Shown here one piece after another: positions 39,628-49,855 of a stretch of 64,000 bases of DNA (the first letter of the stretch is position 1; each line of letters begins with the position of its first letter). Origin of the DNA: an uncultured Rickettsiales bacterium (GTDB lineage: Bacteria > Pseudomonadota > Alphaproteobacteria > Rickettsiales > Rickettsiaceae); the NCBI GenBank assembly GCA_903952265.1, contig CAJBEU010000001.1:51992-115991 (forward strand). The letters are read 5' to 3'. The notes under the pieces were generated by a model that ran no database searches, had not been told where the DNA came from, and saw only the letters and a list, made by a program, of their open reading frames with translations. A program made the translations under genes and the position numbers.

Positions 39628-41142
39628 CTAATCTTTTTTGTCATTATTCTTACAAAATATCACGTCAGATATTTCTTCTACGTTGAACAGGCTTTTTAGT
39701 GTATTCCACTTATCTGTGCTTGTGATCTGTTCAACTATTCGTTGTTTTATAGAAACAGGTTTCCTAGGTGTGTGCTCTACTAAAACTCTGATTAGAGGGT
39801 TAACAAATTTCAGAGCTTCTGTCAACTTATGATTTAATTGCTCTTTGCTCCCTTCTTTAGATATTGTTAGCGTTTTACCATCGTAGTTGATTACTTCGAC
39901 TTCGTTCATTAGGTAATAATATAGCTCAAAATGGCGGTTTTCGTACAGATGCTCCAGTGCTAAAAACAAGTTGTTGTTTTTCTGTGCTTTTGAATTGTCT
40001 TGAGGGCAAGGGACGGAGTTTTCTTCTATACTCAAAATACACAATATTTTCATTACTAAAATCTCTGCATTTTGTAAGTATAGAGATACGTCTTTAAGCT
40101 CTCTAATACAATTAAAGGTTAGTTGCCACGCTAATGTAAGCTTTGTAAGGGTCACACTATTGATTATATCTGTTAGCTGATTTTTGTAAGACTCATATTG
40201 AGCAAGTGGATAATCAGAAATCATTTTTAATTTGCAGCATAGGCACACGACTTCAAGAATGCCTTCCAATAAGGAGTAAAGATCGGCTGACGAATAATAT
40301 ATTGAGTTGATGATTTCGACTGCTTCTTTGATTTTTCTTGCAAAAATATTGGTTACGACAAGTATCAACTGATTTATGTCTACAGCTCCAGTAATTTTAG
40401 ATATGGTCTTTATGGTAATTTTTTCTCCTGACTCTACTGACATTCTTGCCTGATCTAACCAGGATAATGCATCTCTTGCAGAGCCTTCACTTTTTAGCGC
40501 TATTGTTTTAAGAGCGTCTTCGTCAAAATGTACTTTTTCTTTTTCGGAGACAAATTTTAGCAAATCAACCAGTTGCTCGATTGTAAAGCGTTTCAGGTCA
40601 AATCTTTGGCACCTCGAGATTATTGTGGAAGGCACTTTTTGTATCTCGGTGGTAGCAAATATAAATACTAAGTGTGGAGGGGGTTCCTCAATAATTTTTA
40701 GAAGTGCGTTAAAAGCTCCCTTTGAGAGCATATGCACTTCATCTATTATGTAGACTTTATATTTTCCAAGCAAAGGTTTGTAATCTCCGTCATCTATTAT
40801 GCTTCGTACGTCATCTATTCCAGTATGACTCGCAGCGTCCATTTCTGTTATATCCGGATGGCTGCTGTTAATGTATTGAGTACAATTTTTACACTTTTCA
40901 CAAGGAACTATGATTTTGTCTATCAAGGATTGATTCGTACAGCTGATTGTTTGAGCTATGATCCTTGCAAAAGAGGTTTTGCCTATTCCTCTCATACCCG
41001 TGAGAATGTATGCCTGGGCAATTTGACCTGTAACAATAGATTTTGTTAAAATTTCGGCAAATATTTCCTGTGCTCTTATTTTATTGAAAGAATTAGGCCT
41101 ATATTTACGGATTAAGGGTAGATAATGTGGGGTGTTATTCAT
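39628..41142 (-). CDS. dnaX: DNA polymerase III subunit gamma/tau
   Basis: Walker A GMRGIGKTS, zinc module CEKCKNC, DEVHMLS, SRCQRF; 504 aa. Confidence 0.93.
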   Translation of the reverse strand: MNNTPHYLPLIRKYRPNSFNKIRAQEIFAEILTKSIVTGQIAQAYILTGMRGIGKTSFARIIAQTISCTNQSLIDKIIVPCEKCKNCTQYINSSHPDITEMDAASHTGIDDVRSIIDDGDYKPLLGKYKVYIIDEVHMLSKGAFNALLKIIEEPPPHLVFIFATTEIQKVPSTIISRCQRFDLKRFTIEQLVDLLKFVSEKEKVHFDEDALKTIALKSEGSARDALSWLDQARMSVESGEKITIKTISKITGAVDINQLILVVTNIFARKIKEAVEIINSIYYSSADLYSLLEGILEVVCLCCKLKMISDYPLAQYESYKNQLTDIINSVTLTKLTLAWQLTFNCIRELKDVSLYLQNAEILVMKILCILSIEENSVPCPQDNSKAQKNNNLFLALEHLYENRHFELYYYLMNEVEVINYDGKTLTISKEGSKEQLNHKLTEALKFVNPLIRVLVEHTPRKPVSIKQRIVEQITSTDKWNTLKSLFNVEEISDVIFCKNNDKKD

Positions 41143-41311
41143 AGTTAATCCAGCTTATTCCGTTTTTAAGTATCAAGTTTTGTTAACAATTCGTGTATTT
41201 TCTTCAGTAAGGCTTACAGAATGACCTAGAGAAAAGTGTAACTCAAAAAGCAACTTTGTTCTTTCTGAGTCTATTGAAAAACATCCAATTTATCTTAGAT
41301 TATAGGGCTTT

Positions 41312-41395
41312 TGAAACAGCGGTGACCCACGCAACATTGCCGAGCTGCTTCTTTCGACCTGACCAAGTGAGCAACGTAGCGCGCCCACCGCTTGA
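41312..41395 (-). ncRNA. ffs: Signal recognition particle RNA (small bacterial 4.5S type)
   Basis: The minus strand reads AGCGGUGGGCGCGCUACGUUGCUCACUUGGUCAGGUCGAAAGAAGCAGCUCGGCAAUGUUGCGUGGGUCACCGCU. GGUCAGGUC-GAAAG-AAGCAGC matches the conserved domain IV core, and the ends pair (AGCGGUG/CACCGCU). Boundaries are +/-10 nt. Confidence 0.8.
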
Positions 41396-41490
41396 TCTAA
41401 GGCTAGCATTTTTTAGTTTTAACAGCAACTTTTATAGAGTTGAAAGCAAAAACAAATATTTTTAAATCAAGGCCTTTTGATACAAGCTGA

Positions 41491-43047
41491 TTAGTGTTTT
41501 GCTATTGCTTTGTTGTATTCCTTACCAAGGTGATGTACCGCGTAGTACCAAACCAAACAAGTCATGATGAATACAGTCATCAAGTAAGTGCCTATTGAAC
41601 CATAGGTCGCTGAAGGTATTATAATGAAAGCTCCAGCTTGTAAAAGGGATCCTAAGGATTTACCTAGCTTGCTTCCGATGACTTCTGTACAGGCTTTTCC
41701 TTGTGTTTTTAGCTCTGAATCCAGAGGTACATATAGCATTTCTTTTGTGGCATCAAAAAGAGTGTATTTTGTAGATTTAATTATAATATTTTGTGCTGTT
41801 CCGGCAATTAAAGCCACTAAAGCTGGTTGTATAGAAAGAATTGCTGCTATGCCTGATTCAATTACCGAGAAATTGGTAGATGTAAAAAATATTAATCCAG
41901 AAATCAGAGTACATAGCGGAGGAATTGTTGCTCCTACTGTCCAACCAAATCTTCGTATAATTTGGGAGCCTAGTAAGACGCATAGCAAAGTTACTATACC
42001 GCTGCATTTTAGAGTAAATCCCGTAAAAGCCATGTTTAATTCTGGCATACGGTAAAGTAGCCTCATTTTCTCTCTCCATACTAAATCTATTGTGCTGATC
42101 GCAGTACCGTAGGAAATCAATAACAGCCCTATGAGTCTTACATATCGAGACTTTGCTACTATTTTGATACTATCAGAGAGTTTTTGATTTCGTTTTACTA
42201 GTAATGAGGCCTGAGTGATTATGTTTTTATCTATTATGAAGTGATTTAGTATCCAAAAGAGAGCTATGATCAATATGCCTAAAATAGACATAATAGATAG
42301 AGTGATTTGCACACATAGTACAGTTCTGGGAGTGCTTAGATTAAGCAAATCAGTTAGCGTAGAGGCTATATTTGTTATGTTTGCAAGTAATATTCCTGAG
42401 ACAAAAAGGCCTGTTTGTCCAAGCAGACCAAAGAGTATGTAAAATCTCTTAGATTCAGAAACTGATGTTACAGAATTTATGAACTGCCAAAACAATAGAG
42501 CAAAAACTACGTTGGACCACATTTCGGCTATTACGTATAGCAGAGCACAATCCCAATTTTTCAGGATGAGCATGAACCATTTAAGATGTGGCCACTGAGT
42601 ACCAATTTGCAGCAAGATTGCGGATGAGTCACTCATTCCTCTGTTTGGAAAAAGTAAAAAAGCAAAGGCCATAAAGAAGAAGACGAAAAATCCTACAACT
42701 GCATAGAATATGTATTCAGTCTTTACGTGTTTTATTATTTTTACGTAAGCAATGCTTACCAGTATCGCTAAAGGCAATACGCACCATATCTTTAGTATCG
42801 AAATTACTTCTGTGGCCACCAGAGTTGTGATAAGAGAGTCCTTTAGGGCCTTGGCTATATTCTGCACAGAAAGAATGCAAAAGAGCAAAGCTGTGATTGT
42901 GCAGAACCTCGGAAGTTCAGATTTGCGTATTGGAAATACTATCTCTAGAAATCGTTCCCAGGTCTGGTTTAGCGAGTTAAAAAACAGGAGTCTCGCACTC
43001 TTTGCGAGAGTGGGTACAAGCATTATTTTTTTTGTAGAAAACTGCAT
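41491..43047 (-). CDS. tlc: ATP/ADP translocase (Tlc/NTT nucleotide transporter family)
   Basis: 518 aa, about 12 TM helices. LKDSLITT..EVISILKIW.VLP, WQFINSVTSVSESKRFYILFGLL and KYTLFDATKEMLYVPLDSELKTQGKACTEVIGSKLGKS closely parallel Rickettsia Tlc1 as I remember it. Confidence 0.93.
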   Translation of the reverse strand: MQFSTKKIMLVPTLAKSARLLFFNSLNQTWERFLEIVFPIRKSELPRFCTITALLFCILSVQNIAKALKDSLITTLVATEVISILKIWCVLPLAILVSIAYVKIIKHVKTEYIFYAVVGFFVFFFMAFAFLLFPNRGMSDSSAILLQIGTQWPHLKWFMLILKNWDCALLYVIAEMWSNVVFALLFWQFINSVTSVSESKRFYILFGLLGQTGLFVSGILLANITNIASTLTDLLNLSTPRTVLCVQITLSIMSILGILIIALFWILNHFIIDKNIITQASLLVKRNQKLSDSIKIVAKSRYVRLIGLLLISYGTAISTIDLVWREKMRLLYRMPELNMAFTGFTLKCSGIVTLLCVLLGSQIIRRFGWTVGATIPPLCTLISGLIFFTSTNFSVIESGIAAILSIQPALVALIAGTAQNIIIKSTKYTLFDATKEMLYVPLDSELKTQGKACTEVIGSKLGKSLGSLLQAGAFIIIPSATYGSIGTYLMTVFIMTCLVWYYAVHHLGKEYNKAIAKH

Positions 43048-43135
43048 ACGCGGATTCTATTGTAGTCAGTCTTTTTAGTCAAGTTTGGTAAAATCTGTGG
43101 TACCATTACTAGGAAATTTTATCAAAAAGCTTTTT

Positions 43136-44494
43136 ATGAATCAAAAAATGGACTGTTTTGAAAATTTTTTGAAGCTTTTTTATGAAAAGAGAGTGGGTAT
43201 TTTAGGTCTTGGAATTACTGGCATGAGCTGCGTTAAAGCGGTGCATCCAATTGCAAAGTCTTGTATTTGTTTTGATGATAACCCGCAAGCCAGTAAAAGC
43301 ATTCCTTCATCTTTTTTCAATGTTACTGTATCTAACAATGTCTGCGATGATTTATGGTCGTGTATAGACATTTTGATTACTAGTCCTGGTGTGATTACCT
43401 CTGGAGAGGGTGCTCATCCGTTAATTGCCCGGATGAAAAAACTCTCTATTCCTCTGATCTCTGATGTAGAGATGTTATTTGTTAAATATCCTAATGCAAA
43501 ATATCTGGGAATTACCGGAACTAACGGAAAAAGTACAGTAACAGCGATGACTGCGCATATTTTGCAGTCGTGCGGATATAATTATGTTGCGGGAGGTAAT
43601 ATTGGAGTGCCTTGCATGGATTTACCAAAAGCTGATGGTTACGTTTTGGAGATTTCTTCTAATCAATTGGAATTACTCAAAAACGCCTGCTTTGAAGTAA
43701 TTATAATCACGAATCTAACTCCAGATCATCTAGATCGTTACGGTAGTCTTAGCAATTACTATTTGACTAAGCTGTCTATTTTAAATTTTTTGTCTTCTAA
43801 AGGCACATGTATTACTAGTGCTTTTGATGAGGATCTATCTTATAAAATTTCTAAAGAAAAATTTGCCCATTCGTTGATCATCAAAAATCGTAATGATGAA
43901 TTACCACCTTTGGCCCTATTTTCCAATTCACCTATACGACCTGAAAATCAGGATACTATCCCATTTTGTTTAAGCTCTAATTCCTTTCTTGCAGCGCTTG
44001 CTTGCAAAATTGTTGGATGTGCTTTTGATGCAATAGAGGAAGGAATTAAATCTTTTAAGAATTTGCCTCACAGGATGCAGCATGTAGGGGATCTAAAGTT
44101 AATATCATTTATTAATGATAGCAAAGCAACAAACGTAGAGTCCACTCTATATGCATTTGCAGGTTTATCTCAAGAGGTATATTGGATTGCTGGAGGCAAA
44201 AACTTAGGGGCGGACCTATCTCCTCTTGAGCAATATCATAACAAGATAAAAAAGTGTTATTTTTTTGGAGAATCCAGGTTTGCCTTGCATGAGCTATTCG
44301 CTCCTTTGGTAGAGTGCTTTCTTTGTGAAAATCTCGAGGAAGCCTTTCAAAATTCAGTGAGAGATGCATCTTTTTCAACTACAAAATGTATTGTTTTATT
44401 TTCTCCAGCTCATAAATCTTTTGATCAATTTAAAAATTTTGAGGAGCGGGGGATGGCTTTTGTAAACTTGTGTAACAAGCTTATAAGTATCTAG
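43136..44494 (+). CDS. murD: UDP-N-acetylmuramoylalanine--D-glutamate ligase
   Basis: GLGITGMS N-terminal Rossmann motif and GITGTNGKST ATP site, with Mur ligase middle and C-terminal domains. Track TTG start is 43085; first ATG is 43136. Confidence 0.9.
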   Translation: MNQKMDCFENFLKLFYEKRVGILGLGITGMSCVKAVHPIAKSCICFDDNPQASKSIPSSFFNVTVSNNVCDDLWSCIDILITSPGVITSGEGAHPLIARMKKLSIPLISDVEMLFVKYPNAKYLGITGTNGKSTVTAMTAHILQSCGYNYVAGGNIGVPCMDLPKADGYVLEISSNQLELLKNACFEVIIITNLTPDHLDRYGSLSNYYLTKLSILNFLSSKGTCITSAFDEDLSYKISKEKFAHSLIIKNRNDELPPLALFSNSPIRPENQDTIPFCLSSNSFLAALACKIVGCAFDAIEEGIKSFKNLPHRMQHVGDLKLISFINDSKATNVESTLYAFAGLSQEVYWIAGGKNLGADLSPLEQYHNKIKKCYFFGESRFALHELFAPLVECFLCENLEEAFQNSVRDASFSTTKCIVLFSPAHKSFDQFKNFEERGMAFVNLCNKLISI

Positions 44495-44533
44495 AACTAT
44501 CTGCTTATTAAGAGCTTTTGTTAGGTTTATTGG

Positions 44534-46267
44534 ATGATATCTGTATTAGGTAAAACTTGGATCAGTAGGGAAGAAAACTACTCGGAAATTGCTGCTGTGA
44601 TGAACGGTTATGGCGTAGGGCAACTAGTTGCAAGTCTTGCCCTCAGTAGAGTTTCTTTGAGTGAGATGTCTAACTTTTTAGAGCCAAAAATTGTTAAGCA
44701 GATGCCAGATCCCTTTTCATTACTAGGCATGGAAAAAGCTGTGCACCGTTTTATTGAGGCAATAGAAAATGGAGAATGCGTTTGCGTATTTGCTGACTAT
44801 GACGTAGATGGAGCAACTTCCGCTGCATTACTTGTTCATTTACTTAAACATCTCAATGTTAAACATTTTGTTTATATACCAGACAGAAGCAAAGAGGGTT
44901 ACGGACTATCTATAAATGCAGTTGAACAGATTTTACAAAAAGCATCTTGCCTCATTACTCTAGATTGTGGATCTAGTTCTCATGAAGAAATATCCTTTGC
45001 AAAAAGTAAAGGACTAGACGTAATAGTAATTGACCATCACATGTCGGATAGGGTAGTAGTTGACGCTGTGGCTGTGATTAACCCTAATAGAATAGATGAA
45101 AATTCACAATTGCAGTATCTGGCAGCGGTTGGAGTGACCTATTTGTTTTTAGTTGGACTTGTATCGCGACTAAAGAAAAAGACCCGGCATTCCTTTTTGC
45201 TGGAATCATTTCACCTTTTGAACCTACTAGATCTTGTTGCTCTTGGAACAGTGTGTGACGTTGTTCCGATTGTGGGTCTTAATCGCGCTTTTGTAAGTCA
45301 AGGGCTTAAAGTGATTAGAATGCGTACAAATTTGGGATTACGTACATTGATTGATTGTGCTAACTTGCACGAATATATTCGCTCTTATCATTTGGGATTT
45401 ATTCTTGGCCCAAGAATTAACTCAGGAGGCAGAGTTGGAGAAGCGGATTTAGGCGTTCGTTTATTAACTTCAAGTTGTAGTATAGCCGCAAAACAAATTG
45501 CCATTGTCCTTGATGAGCACAATACTCAGCGTAGAGTAATTGAAACGAAATCCATTGAAGAAGCCCAAAGTGCAGTTGGTCAAGAAGAAATAAAAGATCT
45601 AATTGTTGTGGCAAAAGATGATTGGCACGTTGGAGTGATAGGAATAATGGCTAGTAGGTTGGTGGATATTTATAATGTTCCTGTAGCTGTTGTTTCCTGG
45701 AACGGAGAAGTTGGAAAAGCCTCTTGTCGCTCAATTGACGGGTTTGATTTTGGAGCAACAATTTTGTCTGCAAAAGCAAAGGGTCTTTTACTGTCTGGTG
45801 GGGGGCACAAGATGGCTGCAGGATTTAGCGTAAGTAAGTCTAAATTTGAAGAGTTAAAAACATTCCTACAACAAAGATTTAATAAATTAAATTTGCCTCA
45901 GCATTCTGTGAGGCATTTTGACGCAACACTTAATCTTGAATCCCTAAACTTGGATCTTTTGGATCAAGTACAGATGCTGGAACCTTTTGGCTGTAGCAAT
46001 CCGATGCCATGTTTTTATATAAAAAATGTAAATGTTGTATACTCAAAAGTTGTGAAAGAGGATCACGTATATTGTGTCCTGGGTTCACAGATAAATAATA
46101 AAGTGCGAACTACTGCAATTGCTTTTGGAGCTATGCGCAATAGAATAGGGTCAATTTTACTCGGAAAAACTAAAATACCGATTTCGGTAATTGTGACTCT
46201 GCAAAAACACAGTTGGTCTGGCAATGAAAGCGTAAGATGTTTTATCAAAGATATTATAGAATTCTAA
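44534..46267 (+). CDS. recJ: Single-stranded-DNA-specific exonuclease RecJ
   Basis: DHH-family motifs DYDVDGATS, DCGSSS and VIDHH, with a GGGHKMAAG DHHA1 motif. Confidence 0.93.
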   Translation: MISVLGKTWISREENYSEIAAVMNGYGVGQLVASLALSRVSLSEMSNFLEPKIVKQMPDPFSLLGMEKAVHRFIEAIENGECVCVFADYDVDGATSAALLVHLLKHLNVKHFVYIPDRSKEGYGLSINAVEQILQKASCLITLDCGSSSHEEISFAKSKGLDVIVIDHHMSDRVVVDAVAVINPNRIDENSQLQYLAAVGVTYLFLVGLVSRLKKKTRHSFLLESFHLLNLLDLVALGTVCDVVPIVGLNRAFVSQGLKVIRMRTNLGLRTLIDCANLHEYIRSYHLGFILGPRINSGGRVGEADLGVRLLTSSCSIAAKQIAIVLDEHNTQRRVIETKSIEEAQSAVGQEEIKDLIVVAKDDWHVGVIGIMASRLVDIYNVPVAVVSWNGEVGKASCRSIDGFDFGATILSAKAKGLLLSGGGHKMAAGFSVSKSKFEELKTFLQQRFNKLNLPQHSVRHFDATLNLESLNLDLLDQVQMLEPFGCSNPMPCFYIKNVNVVYSKVVKEDHVYCVLGSQINNKVRTTAIAFGAMRNRIGSILLGKTKIPISVIVTLQKHSWSGNESVRCFIKDIIEF

Positions 46268-46291
46268 CTTTTGGGTAATTTTTAAGAATCT

Positions 46292-47638
46292 ATGGAGAAA
46301 GATTTACTGATAGATGAAGCCGTAAAGTCGCCTGAGTATACAGTGACAGAGTTAACACTAATGATGCGAAAAACTATAGAGACAGAGTATTCTCAGGTTT
46401 TTGTAATAGGGGAAATATCTGGGTGTAAAATTGCTAATTCTGGACATGCATATTTTAACCTAAAAGATGAACAAAATCTTATAGGATGTGTTTGTTGGAA
46501 TTCTGCTTTGCGCAAATTTAATTTTGCCCTTGAAGATGGCATGAGTGTTATTGTAAAAGGGAATGTGACTATTTATGGAGGGCAATCAAAATACCAAATT
46601 AACGTAACAAGCATCAGACTCTCGGGAGAAGGGCGATTGATGCGAATGTTTCAGGAACTAAAAATTCGCCTTTCAAAAGAGGGCTTGTTTGACCAAGTTT
46701 ATAAAAAATCTATTCCAACTTGGCCAGCGGTAATTGCAGTTGTTACCTCTCCTCAAGGAGCTGTATTTTGGGATATTATCCATAGAATTCGTGAACGTTT
46801 TCCTACTAAGGTTATTTTATACCCTGTTGCAGTGCAAGGTTCCTCATCTGCAGATGAGGTTGTAAAAGCAATATTTTTGCTTAATGATCTAAATTACATG
46901 CAAGACTCTTCTCCAGATGTTATTATTTTGGCTAGAGGCGGTGGATCTATCGAAGATTTATGGAGCTTTAATGAGGAAAAAGTGGTTCGATCTATTTTTG
47001 ATTCAAAAACTCCGATAATTTCTGCTATAGGTCACGAGACAGATTTTACTTTAACCGATTTTGTTGCAGATCTTAGAGCTCCGACTCCGACTGCTGCAGC
47101 TGAATTTGTAACTCCAATGACGGTGGATTTTAAAAATCGTCTTATTTCTTTTGGATTGAGGCTTAGTGGTTTATATGGTTCATATCTAAAGCAAAAGCTG
47201 AATTTACTCAATGCTTATTCGGTATCAGAGCACAATTTAATTGGATTGCTGCGAAATAAAGAACAAAGATTTGACGATCTTGATTCAAAAATGCGTTCTT
47301 ATAACTGGAGATTTTATTTAGAACATCTGCTAAGGCACAAGCTAAAACATGAACCTGTAACTAACTTAATTAGTATAAAGCAGCTTTTGCTTAAAAATCT
47401 TGCAAACGTTTTGAATCGAGTTTCCTGTCAATATTTGGAAGATCGTTCTAAAAGTTTAAATCTTAACTTTATTCAGATGCAAAAATTAGATGTGAGTAAA
47501 GTTTTGAGGCGAGGTTTTGTTCTTGTGAGAAGTAAAAACAAAGTGCTTAGTAGCGTAAAAAATTTAAAAGATTCCGAACTAGTGACTCTGGAATTTTATG
47601 ACGGCAATATAAAGGCTGAAGTAAAAGGTTCTTGTTAG
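46292..47638 (+). CDS. xseA: Exodeoxyribonuclease VII large subunit
   Basis: N-terminal OB-fold region (VTELTLMMRKTIE..GEISG...SGHAYFNLKD), then ARGGGSIEDLW and GHETDFT motifs. Confidence 0.92.
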   Translation: MEKDLLIDEAVKSPEYTVTELTLMMRKTIETEYSQVFVIGEISGCKIANSGHAYFNLKDEQNLIGCVCWNSALRKFNFALEDGMSVIVKGNVTIYGGQSKYQINVTSIRLSGEGRLMRMFQELKIRLSKEGLFDQVYKKSIPTWPAVIAVVTSPQGAVFWDIIHRIRERFPTKVILYPVAVQGSSSADEVVKAIFLLNDLNYMQDSSPDVIILARGGGSIEDLWSFNEEKVVRSIFDSKTPIISAIGHETDFTLTDFVADLRAPTPTAAAEFVTPMTVDFKNRLISFGLRLSGLYGSYLKQKLNLLNAYSVSEHNLIGLLRNKEQRFDDLDSKMRSYNWRFYLEHLLRHKLKHEPVTNLISIKQLLLKNLANVLNRVSCQYLEDRSKSLNLNFIQMQKLDVSKVLRRGFVLVRSKNKVLSSVKNLKDSELVTLEFYDGNIKAEVKGSC

Positions 47639-47649
47639 GTAAATAATTT

Positions 47650-48333
47650 ATGAGTCAATTTGACAAGCGTAAGATTGAGAATCGCAATCTATCCAAATCT
47701 TCTCGTAAATGGGTGGAAAGGCATATTTCAGATCCTTATGTACATCTTTCTCGCAAGGATGGTTATTTGAGTAGGGCGGCATACAAATTACTTGAGATGC
47801 AAGAACGATTTCATCTGATAAAAGGCTCTGATATAGTAGTAGATTTGGGTGCAGCTCCAGGAAGTTGGACTCAAGTTGTAAGCAAAATTGTCCTGCCAAA
47901 TAAAGGCCTCATTGTAGCTGTGGATCTTCTACCTATGCAGGCCAATCTAGCTTGCACATTTATACAAGGCGACTGTAAAGATGAGAAAATTATTGAAAAA
48001 GTTATTCTTGCTATTTCTCTTTTTTACAACGAGCAGCGCATGGGAGGATTAGGGCTTGCAAATGTCATATTGAGTGACATGTCGCCAAATATGAGCGGGT
48101 GCAAAAGTACAGACCACTTAAGATGCATGATTCTATGCGAACAGGTGCTTTCGATATCGGAAAGAATATTAACAAAGGGAGGCGCTATTGTGATGAAATT
48201 TCTACAGGGATTAGAGCAAAAAGAGTTTTTGCAAAAGCTTAAAGATAGATTTAAAAAAGTTAAGTTATGTAAGCCTGAGGCTAGCAGAGTAGAATCATGT
48301 GAAGTTTATATAGTAGCTCTGAGTAAACTTTAG
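47650..48333 (+). CDS. rlmE: 23S rRNA (uridine-2'-O)-methyltransferase RlmE/FtsJ
   Basis: YLSRAAYKLLE and the SAM-binding VVDLGAAPGSW motif. Confidence 0.92.
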   Translation: MSQFDKRKIENRNLSKSSRKWVERHISDPYVHLSRKDGYLSRAAYKLLEMQERFHLIKGSDIVVDLGAAPGSWTQVVSKIVLPNKGLIVAVDLLPMQANLACTFIQGDCKDEKIIEKVILAISLFYNEQRMGGLGLANVILSDMSPNMSGCKSTDHLRCMILCEQVLSISERILTKGGAIVMKFLQGLEQKEFLQKLKDRFKKVKLCKPEASRVESCEVYIVALSKL

Positions 48334-48770
48334 ATTTGCATCTCAGCTTTACGAATTTCTTTTTGGTCTAGGTATAATTTTACCTCTATTATTGGCTTAG
48401 TATTTGCAAGATAGTTTTTCGCTACTTGGGGCCACTCAAATAGGATTAGATCCCCTGATAATATCGCTTCTTCTATTCCTAGTTCTAGTAATTCGTTTTC
48501 GTGTTTTAAACGATATAGATCGTAGTGGTAAACTCGTTTTCTTGAGGTTTCATAGATATTGAGCAGTGTAAAAGTTGGGCTATGTACGTTTAGTTCTTTA
48601 TCTAAATAATTGCTTACTATGCTTTTACACAGCGTTGTTTTGCCTGTGCCCAAGTCTCCTTGCAGCATTATGATATTTGCACAGCGTTTATTTGAGATTT
48701 TGGATAATATTGAGCCTAGGCGCTGCGTGGTTCTTAAAGAGCTCAGTATGCAGGTAAATGAGGAAAACAA
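48330..48770 (-). CDS. tsaE: tRNA threonylcarbamoyladenosine biosynthesis ATPase TsaE
   Basis: LQGDLGTGKTT P-loop, YHYDLYRL and EW motifs; 146 aa. The stop overlaps the rlmE stop by 4 nt (convergent). Confidence 0.85.
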   Translation of the reverse strand: MFSSFTCILSSLRTTQRLGSILSKISNKRCANIIMLQGDLGTGKTTLCKSIVSNYLDKELNVHSPTFTLLNIYETSRKRVYHYDLYRLKHENELLELGIEEAILSGDLILFEWPQVAKNYLANTKPIIEVKLYLDQKEIRKAEMQI

Positions 48771-48800
48771 ATAAACAACCCTTGCGTAGTATAAAATTAG

Positions 48801-49769
48801 CTATATATCGGAGCAGCTTGCAATATTGACAACTATGTCATTTAAAGTGAGAAATCCTAGATATTTAGCGTCTTCATTTACAATCATTGCAAACCCATAT
48901 TGATGTTTTACAAAATGCACTAATTGATTTGTGATACGTGTATTTTTTTCAATTGTCTTGATAGGAGTAATTGCGCTATTAATTATTTTTTTTAGTGACT
49001 GTGCATCGTTGTTTTGATCTTTTTGAAGAGATTTTAGCAATAGAGGTACGTGAAGTATTCCAATAATATTATTTTGAGTGTTTTGCCAAACCGGAATTTT
49101 TGAATAGGGAATAGATAAAGCTGCTTCCAAGAATTTTTCTGTTTCTAGTTCGTAGTTTATATGTTGAAGCGAATCAAGGTTGGTCATTATTTCTGTTACA
49201 ACAGTTCTGCCTACTTTGAGTGTTTGTGACGAAGAATCTAGATAATCCTCATCTAAAGGAGATTCTCTGTAGTTCTCTCCTTGATGTAATTCGTACAAAG
49301 GATTCGGTTTTATGTGCTTGCGGACTTTATTAGTAATTTTGTCTAATGTGTTGCTAAGAGGAGAGAACACAATAAGCAAAAACTGAAATAGCGGAGAAGA
49401 ATTAATTAAAATCGATTCTGCTTTTACTACCGCTACGATTTTTGGCAAAATATCTACAAAAGCGATAATTAAAATTGGAGTAATTACCGAAGATGCTATT
49501 AATCCAATCTCTTGTCCACAAAGCTGTATTGCTGTAGAGGTGCTTAAAGCGGTTGCAAGGGTGCTCAAGACATTATCTGTTATTACTAAAACTGATATTA
49601 TTTTTCCTTTTATTGGAAATAACTCCAGTGCTTTATCAGAGTTTTTGACTCCTCGTAATTTTGCTAGCTTAATCTTATTTAGGGTAGATGCAGTGATCGC
49701 CGTCTCCATTCCAGACAAAATTGCCGACATGGCCAGCAGTATTACTATGGCGATAAAATTAAATATCAT
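48801..49769 (-). CDS. CNNM/DUF21 transmembrane + CBS-pair domain protein (hemolysin/CorB-like family)
   Basis: Four N-terminal TM helices starting LSGMETAITAS, followed by a CBS-pair-like region. There is no obvious CorC_HlyC C-terminal domain. Confidence 0.7.
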   Translation of the reverse strand: MIFNFIAIVILLAMSAILSGMETAITASTLNKIKLAKLRGVKNSDKALELFPIKGKIISVLVITDNVLSTLATALSTSTAIQLCGQEIGLIASSVITPILIIAFVDILPKIVAVVKAESILINSSPLFQFLLIVFSPLSNTLDKITNKVRKHIKPNPLYELHQGENYRESPLDEDYLDSSSQTLKVGRTVVTEIMTNLDSLQHINYELETEKFLEAALSIPYSKIPVWQNTQNNIIGILHVPLLLKSLQKDQNNDAQSLKKIINSAITPIKTIEKNTRITNQLVHFVKHQYGFAMIVNEDAKYLGFLTLNDIVVNIASCSDI

Positions 49770-49855
49770 TACTTAAGGAAATTAGTTAATTGACTCAGAG
49801 CTCAAAAGGTAAGCTTTTTTCTCTTTAGTGAGAATAAATGGAAGGAGCTTCTCTC

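Noticed and set aside
39628-41142. Programmed -1 frameshift site in dnaX (A AAA AAG type)
   Set aside because: The only A-run of that kind (around 39640) is in the last codons of the gene, so it cannot generate a gamma subunit. No internal slippery heptamer was seen.
41256-41465. 69-aa plus-strand ORF
   Set aside because: It is antisense to the SRP RNA gene.
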